Shown in pieces: positions 21,646-34,726 of a DNA stretch of 64,000 nt. The notes beneath the pieces are model-generated. The model had not been told where the DNA came from. It worked only from the letters and a program-made list of their open reading frames with translations, and did no database searches. The DNA comes from Leucoraja erinacea (Eukaryota). The position numbers and the translations under genes were made by a program. Numbering within the stretch: position 1 is the stretch's first letter; the number at the start of each line of letters is the position of its first letter. The DNA is taken from the NCBI RefSeq assembly GCF_028641065.1, contig NC_073408.1, forward strand, positions 3,596,001 through 3,660,000, in the 5' to 3' direction.

Positions 21646-23594
21646 GACAAACATAAGAATGTGTGCTGTACAAAAACTGAAACTGTTGGACATATTCTGA
21701 AGATCAGGCATTATTGTTGGGAGAGAAAAAATTGTTATTTCAGAATGAAATGCATTATTTTACTTTTCAAGATCAGTGTGTGCATGGTAAACAATGATTT
21801 AGATTTAAATCTCCCATAATATTGTGAACAATGTGAGTGTGGTTAGCAGTATGAGCTCTGTGTACTCATTATGTTACTGTCTGTAGGAGAATTAATTTCT
21901 GGATCATCTGTTCAAAAATCTCTCTTTGTCACCCCCTTGTGGATTCACAATTAGTTATTTCATAGTTGACAGAAATTAGGTATCTTCTTTTATATTTCTT
22001 AAATATAAAAAGATAATAAACATAAAATGATTTCCTTTCTTTGAATTCTGCCTTACCGTACAATTCTTCCCCCTGTCAGGGGATGAGAAAATGAAATGGG
22101 GCTATTAAAGAGAAGCTTCCATTTTGCTGTGTTCTCATTAGCTAATCAGCTGAAACGTTAACAGCAACAGAGATTTAATTAAAAACACAACATAACCTAA
22201 GGAAAATAAACATTAATTTTCACGGAGTCACAAAGTATTCTAATAACAAACACCAGCACACATTTAAACACCGACAGGACTTAGTTGCACATCCAAGCAC
22301 ATACTAACATGCACATATGCCACTAGATAATAGCAACGCAGGAGGGATTAAGGAAGATAGACACAAAATGCTGGAGCAACTAAGTGGGACAGGCAGCATC
22401 TCTGGATAGAAGGAATGGGTGGCGTTTCGGGTCGCCTTTAGGAAGCATACATGATGACAGAAATTGAGGCTCTGCTCAGGAAAAAGAGGAGGCATGGGAC
22501 AAGCATAGGAAGCTGGGATCAAACGTAGCCCGGCCTGAGTTTTGGGAACTGAGGAGCAGATTTAGGAGGGAAATCAAAAGGGCAAAAAAGGGGACAGGAG
22601 ATAGCTCTGGCAGGTGATGTTTGGAGGCTGAGATGAGGTTGGCAGATCCTGAACTCTGGCATTGACTGAGAAGGTCAGAGATCTCTGAAGAGCAGCTCAG
22701 GTAGTTATTTGTGTAATATTCTGCTCAATGTTGCAGAATCTTCATTCTTCTGTGATAATGCAGGATTTTCTGCATTATCACACATTAAGGGGGGGCCTTA
22801 GTAATCCTGTAAATTCCATCTTCTGCAGTAGTTGCCTTTGGTTGTCACAATTAATCACTTGTTTTCATTTCCCTCCAACTTACCCGCTTTAGACTAAACA
22901 GGATTCCTGGAATCTTAACTTTCTCGCTCCAGATTTGAAACTGTCATTCACTGTATTCATTTAGTTTTAAAATATGGACAATTAAGAATAAGCTAACATT
23001 TATTGTTCAAACATTGTTGACCCGAAGGCATTAAAAATCAACATCACAAACTGCAGTTATATATAGACTGTAGAGGTTTCTCTTTAATCATTCTGGAAAA
23101 GTTGACAGAAAGACCAGATGGAGATTTTTTTTCTTCCAATTATTAATTGATTCTTATCCTCAGTAAGACTATGGCAGACACAGCTAGAGCTGAGTAATCA
23201 CCGGTGTTCCTCTTTAATTGATTTCACCACTGAAATGATCTTTGGATAATTTGAAACAATACATGAATGTCTCTTGTCCATTTCCCTGCAGTGATTTGCA
23301 TAATGACACAGTTGAGTTCTATCTTGACTAGTCCCAGAGCCTACAGCCACACACAAACGAGTTTCTCATTTCACCTGATGTCTTGAGTGCACCGAAGAAG
23401 AACTACACAGAGATCAGATTAAAAAATGGAACTTTCAACTAATTAGCCGGCAAGGAAAGTAACAAGAGTCTGTGCTTTAATCTCGGTTTCTAATGCTGAT
23501 TAGTTAAGGATGAGACAGAGTACTGATGCCAAACACACAAACTGTGTGGATTGGAGTGCTCACTCATTATTAGAACCCCTCAAATGATTTACTC

Positions 23595-23858
23595 CTCAAC
23601 CAGTTGGGCATTACGAGGCTGGCAACGAAGAGGGCCATTCAATCCGCGAGTGAAGTCGCAGAGAAAGCCACTAGGTGGCTTTGGATTAAGAAGGCTGATC
23701 CGTGGGCGGTTGCTGCTGGGACGCAAGTCGGGGCCTGATCAACCCCGGCTGGGTCGCCTGGGCGAGGGTGTCTGATGTTTTGAGACCCAGAAACACCCGA
23801 TGACCCCAGGTCACATCACTGAGGATGTGTCCCAGCGCATCTAGAAGATGTATCTTTC
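23595..23858 (+). mobile_element. 3' end of an REL-endonuclease non-LTR retrotransposon (HERO-like)
   Basis: LNQLGITRLATKRAIQSASEVAEKATRWLWIKKADPW...* (stop 23736-23738) followed by a structured GC-rich 3'UTR. Clade assignment is from recollection of the AEKASRWLWIK-type C-terminus. Confidence 0.65.
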
Positions 23859-24296
23859 ACACTGGGCAAGTGGTTAAGGTGCAGCTTCGCCTCAAGCAAC
23901 AGTCCTCTTGAATCAAACGGCTGTAAATTGAAGTCCCTCTCTGATGCCTTGAATTAATAACCCAGGCAATTATTAATCCAGTGGTAAGAGATACCTGCAT
24001 GATCTGACATGATGCCTTTCAGGTATGGTGTTAAAATGAGCCATCATATGCCTTCTTAGTTGGATTATACAAATTATCAGGCAGCGTACTAGAATACATG
24101 GGTATTACTCTATGTGTGAGTATGACTCTATACCGAGAAGATATTTCAATGAGCACCATAAGGCAAAAATATAAGGCCATTATCATATTGGAACATATCT
24201 AACCTGCAACTAGCATTTTATGTACGAGTAGAATTTAAACTTCTTTATGACAGCAAATATCCTTTCCAGTTCAGGCCATTCTTTTGTTCATTAATG

Positions 24297-24600
24297 TTTT
24301 AGAGATGCAGCATGGAATTAGGCCCTTTGACCCATTGAATCCATATTGGCCATCGATCACCTGGTCACACTACTTGTATGTTATCCCACTTTCTCATCGA
24401 TGCCCTTCACAGTAGGAGCAATTTACAGAGGTCGATTAACCTACAAACCTGCATGTCTTTGGGATGTCGGAGCACCCGGAGGAAACCCACATGGTCACAG
24501 GGAGAATATGCAAACTCCACACAGGTGGCACCCAAGATCTGATTCTAACCTTGATCTTTGGTGCTGTGAGGCAGCAGCTCTACCAGCTGTGCGCCTGTAC
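24297..24600 (-). mobile_element. HE1-like V-SINE, diverged
   Basis: Reverse complement of the head, V-domain and tail seen at 3827-4142. Confidence 0.75.
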
Positions 24601-27600
24601 TGCCCACGTGGAAAGGGAGTGGAGTTTCTAACCTGCAATCTGACCAATATCATAAGTGAGAAGAGCGGAATTAGGCCATTCAGCCCAACAAGTCTACTCT
24701 GCCATTCAATCGTGGCGGATCTATCTCTCCCTCCTAATCCTGCCTTCTCCCCATAACCTCTGACATCCGTACTAATCAAGAATCTATCTTGACGGGCAAA
24801 AAGGGGAAGCATGGTCATAGTGTCCCGGGGAACCGCATGTGCGGCGGGAGTGTCCCAGGGAGTCGCGCGGGCCTGATTCACCCGCCTAACAACGCACGGC
24901 CGCCGACCAGTACGACATCCGAAGACCGGAACGCGCCCCGGTAGGCCCAACCCGCCCGCTTCCCGGGGGACTGCGGTGAAGACGGGCGGCGAGGCCTATC
25001 TAGGCCGGAGGAGCCTTAACGTTGGTGGCAAGAGTCTCGGCGGCAGTGGGGCCTCGGAGCCCCGATGGCGGTGGGGCATCACGAAACCGAAAGATTGAAT
25101 AATTGATTGATACTTTATTGTCACATGTACCTGGTACAGTGACATTCTTTGTTTCGCATACAATACACAAGTGTGCAAAGAGTCGCCACGTACAGGGCAC
25201 CAACACAGGTAATGACGAACAGATATTAGCCTTTCAACATGGAGGCGGATAAGTGGATTTGCTGCAGCTGTACTAAATCTGGTGACATCACATCTCCAGA
25301 CTTAGTTCTCCCAGCAGCAGTTTACATGGAGTATATCAGAATTGAAAGAATCCAGTGCAGAATCATCGGAATTGTTTTTAGAATTCCATGCACTAACTTG
25401 TCCAGAAAGAATACATTAATGAAGCTTTTAATCACTAAAATATAAAAATCTCATGGGCCATATTAAAATAGACTTTTATTTTTGTTTACTTAGGGTAGTC
25501 TTGAAAAAGGAAAATGACCCTAAAATTCAGAGTAAGATTTTTCCAAACATTACTGGGAGAAGCTAGCTAGCTGCTTCATCACGTGGAGCTATGGAACAGT
25601 CTCCCACACACAAAAAATTAGTTAATGCAAATTCAGATTATAATTTTACATTTGAGGTAGATTGATGTTAAGGACTGAGAGATATGGAGGAGTTCTGGGC
25701 GCTGGGTTTGGAGAGAAGGCAATGTTTTTGTCCTGAGAATCATTCGGATGGTTGTGGGCAGGGCAGAGCTGGGTATTTAATACTGGGCTGCTTTCATTGG
25801 CCGTCGTGCTGCTGTTGCTGGGGTCCGGAGAGGAAGCGGCAGAGGAGATTGGTGCAGCTCGCAGCCCGGACGGCAATGGTGGCTTTTGTTCATAGGGGAT
25901 GCTGCAGGGGTTGGATACAAACAGGGGGGGAAGGCTGAAACGAAAATCCTGTAGGAATTGGGAAAAGGCTCACGACTCCCCTGGCATAAATAAAAAATAA
26001 ATAAACAGTGCAATAAAAAAAAATTAAAACTCCCCTGGCATATGGAGTCATTTGTTGCAGGATAAGTATCAGAAGATTGGCGTTGCAGTTTTTTTTGTCA
26101 TGTTAAATACTGTGGTTACCTTCTTAACCCCTGCCATATTACAAACTACACTCAACTTTGAGTCTTACAATGTGTAGGAAGGAACTGCATATGCTGGTTT
26201 ACATCGAAGATGGCCACAGAATGCTGAAGATATGTGCTTACAGCATTTTCTACTTTTCTTTGAATTCCTCCCAACTGCAGTTTTATGGCTCAATTACTGA
26301 GTGAATTTATAACTAGTCAATTTTATAACTGTTTATATATTGTGCCACTGTAAATAATTAACCATAAGTTCACATGTAAATAATTACTTAGTTATATGGG
26401 GTTCATTTTCTTTTAAAGGGGAAGCTGTGAGGTTTTTTTTTTAACGTAAGAGTAGCTTTAAGAATTGAGTGTACATAGTGGTTTTACCTTCAAGCACTTC
26501 TGTTGTTCAGTTTGAGAATAACTGTGGTCAATAAAGCAAGAACTAATCTGAGTGTTAGAAATGTAGTGATTCCAAAGAAGCTCACAGTCACTACAGTTCA
26601 TGTAATTTCAAATGACATCACTTTTATTATTTTCTATTACAATATCTGTCGCAGGAACACAGAAGCAATGAAAGACCGATGGTCATGATCTCACTGAATG
26701 ACAAAATAGATTTTAGGAACTGATCATTAATTAGCAGCACGTAGCCACAGAAACATATGTACTTTCTGAAATATAGTCACTGTTACAACGTACGTTACAT
26801 AGCATACAGTGTGTGCAAAACAAACTACCACACAACACAATATAACAACAAATACAGTGTTTAATATTGTAAAAATCTTTACATTTTGCTTTTTCCAAAG
26901 CACTTTACATGCAATGATGTCGTTTTGAGGTATAGTCACTAATGTAACCGAAGAAACGTGATAACCAATACACACAAAGCAAGTTCTCACAAACAACAAA
27001 GCAGTTATGTGAAGCGTTAGCTCAAGAAAACATCATCTATCATCAAGAAACTCCACCATTTGGGTCATGCCTCTTCTCACTGCTACTGTTAGGCAGGAGG
27101 TACAGGAGCTTGAAGTGCTATACCACTAGGTTCAGGAACACCTACTTTTCTGCAGTCATCAGGTTCTTGAATCAACCTGTGCAACCCTAATCATACGTCA
27201 GCAATGGAACACTACAGATTACCTATTAGTTTTTTTAATTATTGTCTTGTGTGCCGAGGTACAGTGAAGAGCTTTTGTTTGTGTACTATCCGGTCAAAGA
27301 CTTTACATGAATATCATATCTTACACACAGTTGGACTACCAAAGACTTGTTTTCTAATTGGGTTTCGCACTTATGTATTGCTTTTGCATTTTTTTTAAAT
27401 TTCACTGTCTTCTTTAATCTATGCATAATTTAAGTGTTCAGTGCTGTCTGAACCTATGTGCCTGTAATGCAATTTTCATTGTATCTGTATCTCGCTGTAA
27501 TTGTGCAAGAATAAAACTCGACTAGACTTGTATTTATTTATTCAATATATGTGACAATTAGCCAGCACACCCGGGATTTCCTCCAGGTAAAGTCTCAAGT

Positions 27601-28179
27601 AAACATCTCATCTGAAAGACCACACCTTTAATAATAAAACACCCCCTTCAATATTTGCAATATTAGAATTTTTTACCCTAGATTATTCTTCCCAAGACTT
27701 TGAAGTATGTCCTATGTGTAACACTTGCGGTACATCTAAGAAATAAGACCAGTATATTTAAAAAATAAGCTGGTATAAAGTAAAAGCACACAAAAGCCAA
27801 CAGCTGACAGATGCTGTGCTAGATCTTTGTTAGAACAATCCCAAATTATTCCCACTGCCCTACACATGGTTTCCATGGACCTCTGTCTTCCTCTGTGTCA
27901 CGGTTTGAAGTCTTCCCTGTCACAACACGCTTCATGCTTAGACTGAGCTGTTATCGGATATTTCCCCCCCAAACACAAAATGGGCAATGTGGACGAGTTA
28001 AAATATATCTCCACTGTCCAAAGGTTCAAAGGTTATTTTATTGGTCACATGCACACCTAGGTGTAGTGAAATGCTTCTTGCCAATGCAGCACATAAAGAA
28101 AGAACACAGACATAACCTACAAAATCCTGGTCCTCACCTACACAAGCCCTCCACCCTCCCCCCCCCCCCCCCCCCCTAT

Positions 28180-28895
28180 ATCTCACTGACCTCCTCTCTC
28201 CCTACCAACCCTCACGGTCCCTCAGATCCACATCAGCCGGTCTCCTCTCCATCCACAAATCCAACCTCCGCAGTTTTGGGGACAGAGCCTTCTCCAGGGC
28301 AGCTTCCAGGCTCTGGAACTCCCTCCCCCAATTGATCCGCAATTCCGTGTCCCTCACCATCTTCAAGTCCCGCCTCAAGACCCATCTCTTCACCTCTGCC
28401 TATCCTTAGCCCCACGTCCCCCTCCCTTTTCATCTGTGCTTGAATTGCCTCATATTGTGTTTTGTGTTACCGAGATGAGAAGAACTTTTTTCACACAGAG
28501 AGTGGTGAATCTCTGGAACTCTCTGCCACAGAGGGTAGTTGAGGCCAGTTCATTGGCTATATTTAAGAGGGAGTTAGATGTGGCCCTTGTGGCTAAGGGG
28601 ATCAGGGGGTATGGAGAGAAGGCAGGTACGGGATACTGAGTTGGATGATCAGCCATGATCATATTGAATGGCGGTGCAGGCTCGAAGGGCCGAATGGCCT
28701 ACTCCTACTCTTGCACCTAATTTCCATGTTTCTATGAATTGAATTCTGTCTTTAATTTGTGTACTAGTCATGTCTCTACTATTTATTTCATTCCGCTTAC
28801 ATGTTTTTCCTCTACCTGCTAAATTTTTGTACGGTGTCCTTGAGACTCTTGAAAGGCGCCCATGAATAAAATGTATTATTATTATTATTATTATA
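28180..28895 (+). mobile_element. L2 LINE 3' end with a CR1 3' end inserted (about 28466-28736)
   Basis: YQPSRSLRS...GDRAFSRAASRLWNSLP and (ATT)n tail. The uninterrupted sister copy at 40047-40389 shows the empty site. Confidence 0.85.
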
Positions 28896-28899
28896 ACAG

Positions 28900-30250
28900 T
28901 AATAAAGAAATTTACACACAAAAACATCCCCCCACAGAGTCTCCAACTCTTTTGAAGAAAAGTGGAGCCACCAGGAGAGGGCGCGAACGTAGAACAAGGT
29001 CACCAACAACAAAAAAAAGAGAGTAACGCTGGGGGGGGGAAAGAAAATAAACACGATAAACGAGAACAAACCACGCGAAAGAGAGAGTGAGAGAAACACG
29101 GAGATTAAAGTAATAATAATACCTTCTCGACGTATCAGGGAATGAAGTCAATGGACAACATGCAGCTTGGCAAGAGGGTGGTCACGTGACAGGTTTGCCC
29201 CCCTTCCCCTCCCCCCTCCTTTTCTTCAACCGCCCTTAAAACTTAAAATTCGAAACCACTTCATTTTTTTCTGTCGTGTATGGTCGATTTTTGGGATTTC
29301 ATGAGGTAAACAAGTGTTTTTTTTTTTTTTAAAAAGCGGGTGCGATTGCTTTAATAATTGATGCGATATATTGGATGCCCGCTGATGACGTTGGGGGGCT
29401 GAGAGTGGAGACGCCATGTTGGAATCGGGCAGAGCTGACAGACAAAAAAGAGAATAAATATAAGACAAAATCGGACCGAAATCGCCGCCATCACGGGTTC
29501 GTTTACAACTATTTTCTCTCCAACTTCTCTCTCGAAGCGTCAGGGCCAAGGATGTACCTTTATTTTTGAGAACCACAGCTCCCTGGCTATTATTTATAAA
29601 GCTGCGTAGGAAGTTGATTATTTTTTCTTCTCTTCCGTTGGCCGTTGCTTTGGTGCAAGGCCCAAAAATAGTCTTTGCCGTTGTTTTTACTTAAAAAAAA
29701 CAAAACGCGTTTAACCTTCTTGAGCTTCGCCTGGTGTTAAATTAATTTTAATTTTAAAACGCCTGTTCTTGTCGACGGCTGCTTTTTGGGGTTTAAATGT
29801 CTGGGGGGAAAAAATGATTGCTTAATTTGTGCTAGGACAATTCTACAGAGAGGGTACATTGTGGGGGCAATGTTTGGGTTTGTGCCGTCTCCTTCTCTCC
29901 GAGGTGACAGGACACCAGAGGAAGCCCAGAGAGATGTGTTGTAAATATTGACCCATTTACCCCGCGACTCTTCCTCTCCTCGCCTTAAACCCCCAGTTGC
30001 TTCCTTCTCTGTCTGGAAGCAAAAACGAATTGTGTTTTTTGTGTGTGTATGTATATTTTCAAGTGAGTTTTTTTTGTTTACACTTTGACGCTGTGCTTTC
30101 TAATCCATCTTGATTTCCGCCTCGAAGTCACTGTAATGTGACGTGTAATGTGTTTTGAGTATAACATGCACTTTTTTTTAAAAAGATGGCATAATTACGA
30201 GAAATAGTTCGAAGCCATTAATCCCTTGCGTTAATTTCGAATTGTTCATT
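28900..30250 (+). promoter_or_regulatory. CpG-enriched promoter / first exon region of DDX6
   Basis: CpG visibly enriched relative to flanks and repeat-free. Palindromic E-box GTCACGTGAC 29181-29190 and YY1-type CGCCATGTT 29412-29420. Candidate exon-1 donor CTGC|GTAGGA at 29606 (uncertain). Confidence 0.7.
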
Positions 30251-33200
30251 TTTGTATTCTGACGTGCAAATTTATGTACTCTGCTTGGTGATTGCTGAAT
30301 AATGTTGACAAGTTTTTATAATTTACATTCATGAATACTTGATGAATAATTTAAAAGCAATTTTAAAATTTAATCTGGTTTTATTATTTGTCAACACAGG
30401 TTGTGGATTTTTTAAAGTATGCTTTTAGTTAGTGGGTTCATGGGATATATTGGGGGAAAAGTAATTGAAGCTAGGTGAAATTTTGCTTTTAACTGGAAGA
30501 AATATCCAAATGATCAATTATGTCTGCTTTTTTATTTCAAATTTTCATTAAAAAGATATATTTAGGATGGGGTGGACTTTTTAATTTGAGGAGGATTTTC
30601 CTGCACTATATTCTGTAATTTCTTATTCAAAATTTGTGCTCACTTTTAGTAGTTCCTCCATTGCAGTTTATTTTTGGGGAGTGGGGATGGATGGGGGGGG
30701 GGATAGAATATATTAGTACAGGAGCCCTGTGGAAATTTGGCAAGTTCTAAAAATGTTATTGTGGAGTCATCCTATCAACGCTTATCAATACCATATGCTG
30801 CAGTTTGTTGTCCTGATTGGCAGTTAGGAGTTCCCCTCCCATTCTGTATAAACGGAGGGCAGGTTTAATAATAATCTTGGGTTTGGTCCCAATGAAATTG
30901 GACAACTAAAACTTTTGTTGGACAAATAATTCAGTGGGTAGTCAAGTAGCCATGAGGAATCTGACAAAAATACTTATCAGCTTTTGATTCCATATTTTAT
31001 GATATTAATGAGTTTCAATGCATTCTGTACACAAGATGAAAGGCTATTTTACAAATTCCCATAGTGAAGGATGACATTCCTTGGTGAAAGTAGCTGGCAG
31101 TTTGAGTGATTAGGACTGGATTGTTTGTCTAGGTATATCAGTGTAATTATGCTGCTGTTTTTGCATTGCAATTTGTTTCCATTTCATTGATACAAAAGTG
31201 ATCATAACTGGTAGCCAGTCTGACAAGAAAATGCAAGCACATACATATAGAATGGATGTAGAGAATAATTTGAAAAATGCTTGAATTTAATGAAATTCCT
31301 AAATTCCACTATTGCCACAATGTCAATTAACTGCTTGTCCATTGATTTCCATAATATTTGAAAACTCTAAATCTGTGACTTTCCACAGACCTCTTGCATA
31401 GATAATTCCAAAGATCCATTACTCTTTATGAAAACAAAGAGTTACTACTTCAATGTTATTAGGTCTTAATTTCCCCCCTGGAAGCAAAACCACCTACATT
31501 GAAATGCATGAGTGCAGAGTTCTTAGCTGAACAATTTACCCCTTTGAAACTTCAGTGATTTGATTTAGAAAGATTAGGGAGCTGAGTTCAATAATGTTGT
31601 AAATGCTTACATTCAGCACAGAATGCCGTAAAGATATTGCACTTCCAATACCAGGCCAGGCAGTTAATACCAATACCAATATGCCAGGCAGTTAAACTAT
31701 AGAAATAACTTGTATCACAACTTGTGAGCTTTAAGAGGTCAGAAGATAATAACTGATATTGTTTTGTATGTAATAAGTAAGCCCAGCAAGTAGGAGAGCA
31801 ATTTTGTGTTTGGTTTTAGGAGCATCAGTAGGATATTTTTTTTGGTGGTAGTGGTCATAATCCAGTTAGACTTGACATGCACTTATATCTTGATTGGCTC
31901 TACCCTGCAGAGCACTTATTTATTGTAATCGTTCAAGGTCTTTCGGTCTTAATGCTTGCAGGTGAGCTCAACAGTAGTTTCCAGCCCTTCAGCTCGTTGC
32001 CATAAAAATCTTTGGGCTGGGGAGAACTGTTTCGCCAAACAAAAAAGGGTGAACACATCTTCCATCGCATCCAACAGAAGTTGATTGATTTAAAAAAAAG
32101 AACTAGAATCTGGGCACTCTGTCAACAAAAGGTATTGCCAATTCCCCAGCAATGGATAATACTCATCATGGCGAACGTGTAGCCATGGGCCCCTCATTTT
32201 GTCTCTGAGAGGTTGTACCACTTGCTCTGGGTGTGACATTGATGGTAACGCATGGACATTTCTTTCCTGCCCCATTGGTGGGGGAGGGATTTTGTGCCAT
32301 TTTCCAGTCATAGCAGCAGGGGGAACGGAGACGTGTGCCAGCAAGCAAAAGACAATCCTTAACGAGTTATTATGCAATAGGAAGATTCTCATCCAGAGAA
32401 TTCATCCTCACCAATAAACGAGGATTCATTTGTTTTATAGAACAAGTAATATGGATGTGAATGGTCTAATTTGAGGTAGACTGCTAAATTATTTAGCAGA
32501 AGAGGACGGCATTCAAAAAGATTCACAGGGTTTGCATTAAATGTGTTCCCTCAATGTAAAGGGTTTAGACTGACATCTGGAGCTTAATCCCATGTGTAGG
32601 TTGGTTGAAATAATAAGCTCCTGGCAGTTGGAAGCAAGCAAAGAATGGTGCTGGTGGTATTGAGAACTTTTGGCCTGAAAATGTGGTACGAGGTAGGAAT
32701 CCCCATCAGTTGGGCGAATGCTTGAAGATCCATACCACCAGGACTAGAAACCTGCCTTAGCATGATTCTATGTTTTTTGTGTGAGAATGGGATACATGCA
32801 TGTGTCTGTCTTAGAAGTACATTGAAACATTGCACAGTCAAGGACTTAAAGGGTGAATGCAAATTTCTGTTGAGAATGGCAAGGGAAAGTGGAAAGACCA
32901 AAGAAATTGAGTTTGTTTCTCTTTGAGCAAAGAAGGTAAAGAACACATTTTTGACAGATGCTGAAAAGCATGAATAATATCAATGAAAAATATTTTTTTC
33001 CCTTGACTGTAGAGTCAGTAAGATGGATTTAATGTGATTGGACTAGTAGTTGCAATCAGTGATTTTAGCACTGTGCTCATTTAGAAAGTACAAAGAAAAT
33101 GGAGTTAATAGTTTAAGGAATATAATTGTAAAAATTGGCATGATGAGTATAAGGAGAAAAACTGGAGGAGCACAGTTAATTGGATAATTCTACCAAAGGA

Positions 33201-34529
33201 CTGATTATAGGTGCAATGACAAAATGACCCTTGTTAATTTGTAATTCAATATTTTTCACTGATGGTGCATTCTAGTGATATGTTTTTGAAGATGTTTGTT
33301 ATTTTTATTGGCCAATAACTTGAGACTCAACAAATAATTGGTATGAATTCAGAAATTAATTATCTGACATTTATTTCATTGGATTTAAAAAATAAAATTA
33401 GAATGATGGTTGGAAATTTGATTTAGACTTCAAAATTACTGTGCCTAGTAAATAGGTAATTTTCTTTATGCCAATTTTCCCCTGCAGTTGTAAAGAATCA
33501 TTTAAATGAGATTTTTGTTTTAAATTTGAATTCTGTTTTGCTTACCAAGCTTAATAGTATTTTGACTCTGCAACATTTGTTTTAGATAAGTTGAGTGTTT
33601 GGACAAATTAATGAAATAAAATAATAATGTTTTATGAAATGAATTGCAAAATCAAGATGTCTGGGTATGTTGTTCCTAAATATTTTAAGGTCTTTAAATG
33701 TCCCATTCATTTATTTTCCTTTCTGAAAGGTTTTTGTGTTTAACCCCAATGCCAAGAATTTGGTCTTGTCTGATTTCGAAATAGCAGATCTTCCAACAAT
33801 TTATCACTGTTTTTTAGCCTAAATTAATTTCTGGCTACATTATTTTAATAGCAAGTTGCAATGTAGCATCATTTTTCAATTGAAGATAGACGCAATGAGC
33901 TGGAGTTACTCAGCGGGACAGGCAACATCTCTGGAGAGAAGGAATGGGTGATGTTTTGGGTCGAGGATTTATGAGAAACAACAGGCTTAGAAAAACAGGC
34001 AGTCTGTGGTAGGCCATACGATTTCATGTCTGCTTTGTCGACAAATAAATAAAATCATGACGTATCCTTTTTGATGTGCAATTATCATTTTCCTTGATTC
34101 ACTTTGTCCTAGTCTTTCAACCTATGTTGAAGGTATTCGACAACTGAGCTTTTGCACTTATCCACGTGAGCGACTTTTCAAAGATAAATAATCTGAGTGA
34201 AGAAGATTTGTTTCACTTTGGTCTTGAATTATGTGACTAAATTAGACCAGCGAAAGGTATTGCTTTAAGCATTTACCCTCTGTAGTCCTTTTGGAATTAT
34301 ATTTATATTATATTTATAATTAAATTATATTTCATTTTTCTGAGCCAATCAATCCTGCTCAGTCGCATTTGGAATTATCTCGACAAACTATATTGCACCA
34401 TCTCTAAGTAAACAACCTTCCTTGGGATTAGAGACCCTAAAGCCCTGCCAATTTTTTTGTTGTTGTATTTTTGAGCTCTACCCTTTTTGTCATAAAGACA
34501 ATTGTATCATTTACTTTTCTAGTTGCTAA

Positions 34530-34726
34530 AGAAAGAACTACAGATGCTGGAAAAACCAAAGGTAGACAAAAAGGCTGGAGAAACTCACCGGGTGAGGCAG
34601 CATCTACGGAGAGAAGGAATAGGCGCTGTTTCGGGTTGAGACCCTTCAGAAGGAATAAGCGATGTTTTGGCTTCTCTCCATATATGCTACCTCACCTGCT
34701 CAGTTTCTCCAGCATTTTTATCTACC
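34530..34726. mobile_element. Penelope-derived fold-back mini-element in DDX6 intron 1
   Basis: Imperfect inverted arms. TSD TTTCTA(G/T)TTGCTAA at 34516-34529 and 34727-34740. Confidence 0.75.

Noticed and set aside
9680-21819. Longer ORFs 9680-10147, 20694-21068 and 21241-21819 as host genes
   Set aside because: All are broken CR1 reverse transcriptase fragments.
23766-23798. Hammerhead-like CTGATG...GAAAC in the HERO-like 3'UTR
   Set aside because: It lacks CUGANGA (has CUGAUGU), and no proper stem II or cleavage triplet arrangement is present.
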